From: a virus
Taxonomy: Duplodnaviria > Caudoviricetes
IMG/VR virus record: IMGVR_UViG_2585428000_000009
Coordinates: 1 to 64,000 of that record
Length of the DNA stretch: 64,000 nucleotides
Strand: one strand, 5' to 3'
Made by a program: the position numbers and the translations under genes. The notes under the pieces are model-generated. The model saw only the letters and a list, made by a program, of their open reading frames with translations, was not told the origin of the DNA and searched no databases. Below are positions 63,322 to 64,000 of the stretch, one piece after another. Each line of letters opens with the position of its first letter. The stretch's first letter is position 1.

Positions 63322-64000
63322 CCACCTGCGCGGCAACCGACAAGGGCTGCGGCACGACATCAGGATGGCGGCGCGGCGGACGGTGCGCTGCTTGCCGGGC
63401 CGCCCACACCGCCCAAACAAACCACTGGCGCGGCGTCGGAGAGCTGTCCAGCGATGACCGCCTGGTGGTGCTGACCGCGCTCCGCGAAGGTAACTCAGTC
63501 GATGAAGCCGCTGAACTGATCGGCCGTACCGCTGCCGGACTGCACAGTCGCGCCCGCTCCGACTCCGAACTGCGCCTGGCACTCGCCGGAGCCGACGTCC
63601 ACCACCAGCACACCGCCCGCATGGGTGACTACCTCGCCGCGCTTACCCGCCACCAGGGCGACACCGTCCGTGCCGGGGCAGAGATCGGCGCCACCGACAT
63701 GCTCGATCGGTGGCGCAGCGACCCAGCATTCGCCACCGCCGAAAAGGCTGTGATGACCCTCGCGACTTCTGCGTCGACTCGACGAGTTCGCCTGGACCAG
63801 GTAGCCGACAGGATCAAGGCCATGTGGGAAGCGGGCTACACCACCGCACAGATCGCCGACGACATCGGGGCGCCCATCGGCACCGTCAGCACGTGGGTAC
63901 GGCGGCTGGCCCTGCCGAAACGGCATCCCGGTACCCGCGGCTCCCAACTAGAGGAGTTGGAGCCGCTCATCCGTCAGGCGTGGTCGGCCGGGCTGACCCA
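63318..64000 (+). CDS. Zinc-finger plus multi-HTH DNA-binding protein (3' end outside the window)
   Basis: Frame open from GTG 63318 to the window end: CG...GW..GGRCAAC, G.S..EAA..IG, W.AG.T..QIA..IG...GTV..WVRRL.LP. Confidence 0.75.
   Translation, partial: MTTCAATDKGCGTTSGWRRGGRCAACRAAHTAQTNHWRGVGELSSDDRLVVLTALREGNSVDEAAELIGRTAAGLHSRARSDSELRLALAGADVHHQHTARMGDYLAALTRHQGDTVRAGAEIGATDMLDRWRSDPAFATAEKAVMTLATSASTRRVRLDQVADRIKAMWEAGYTTAQIADDIGAPIGTVSTWVRRLALPKRHPGTRGSQLEELEPLIRQAWSAGLT

Larger units (their letters stand above)
1..64000. mobile_element. Temperate actinobacteriophage (siphovirus) genome or prophage; extends beyond the window
   Basis: Complete ordered terminase-portal-capsid-tail-tape measure-lysin module, xis/int, att-like site, dense small early genes. 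Confidence 0.95.

Noticed and set aside
1-64000. Diversity-generating retroelement, retron or insertion sequence
   Set aside because: No reverse transcriptase motif, template/variable repeat pair or transposase was recognised.

Overview
High-GC actinobacterial (Nocardia-like, inferred from gene content) temperate siphovirus that fills essentially the whole window. Left end: excisionase, a tyrosine integrase interrupted by an in-frame TAG, and an attP-like site (about 1610-1845). 1989-9474 is a mostly plus-strand accessory block: a LexA-box-controlled leaderless gene, then a compact cassette encoding an XRE-HTH/TPR-like regulator, Nudix hydrolase, DUF4254-like and Clp-N proteins, a divergent ThiC/Bza-family radical-SAM enzyme, an orphan Pol-beta-type nucleotidyltransferase and GalE. 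This cassette is the best candidate for an undescribed system (nucleotide-derived small-molecule synthesis, sensing or defence). 9541-35646 (minus) is the tail/lysis/head/packaging module, with a -1 frameshifted tail chaperone, an antisense HNH insertion, a tRNA-Gln inside the head genes and a metallophosphoesterase pair between terminase and portal. 35689-57804 (minus) holds many small early/middle genes: secreted cutinase-like protein, two NrdH-like redoxins, a 5-tRNA array with structured spacers, DNA methyltransferase, MazG-like protein, RuvC-like resolvase, SLOG protein and WhiB-like factor. A divergent promoter with twin palindromic operators lies at about 57.85-58.02 kb. It is followed by plus-strand small genes, a PIN-like/HEPN-like candidate defence gene and a truncated multi-HTH gene. 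All calls come from motif reading and synteny only; no database searches were run.
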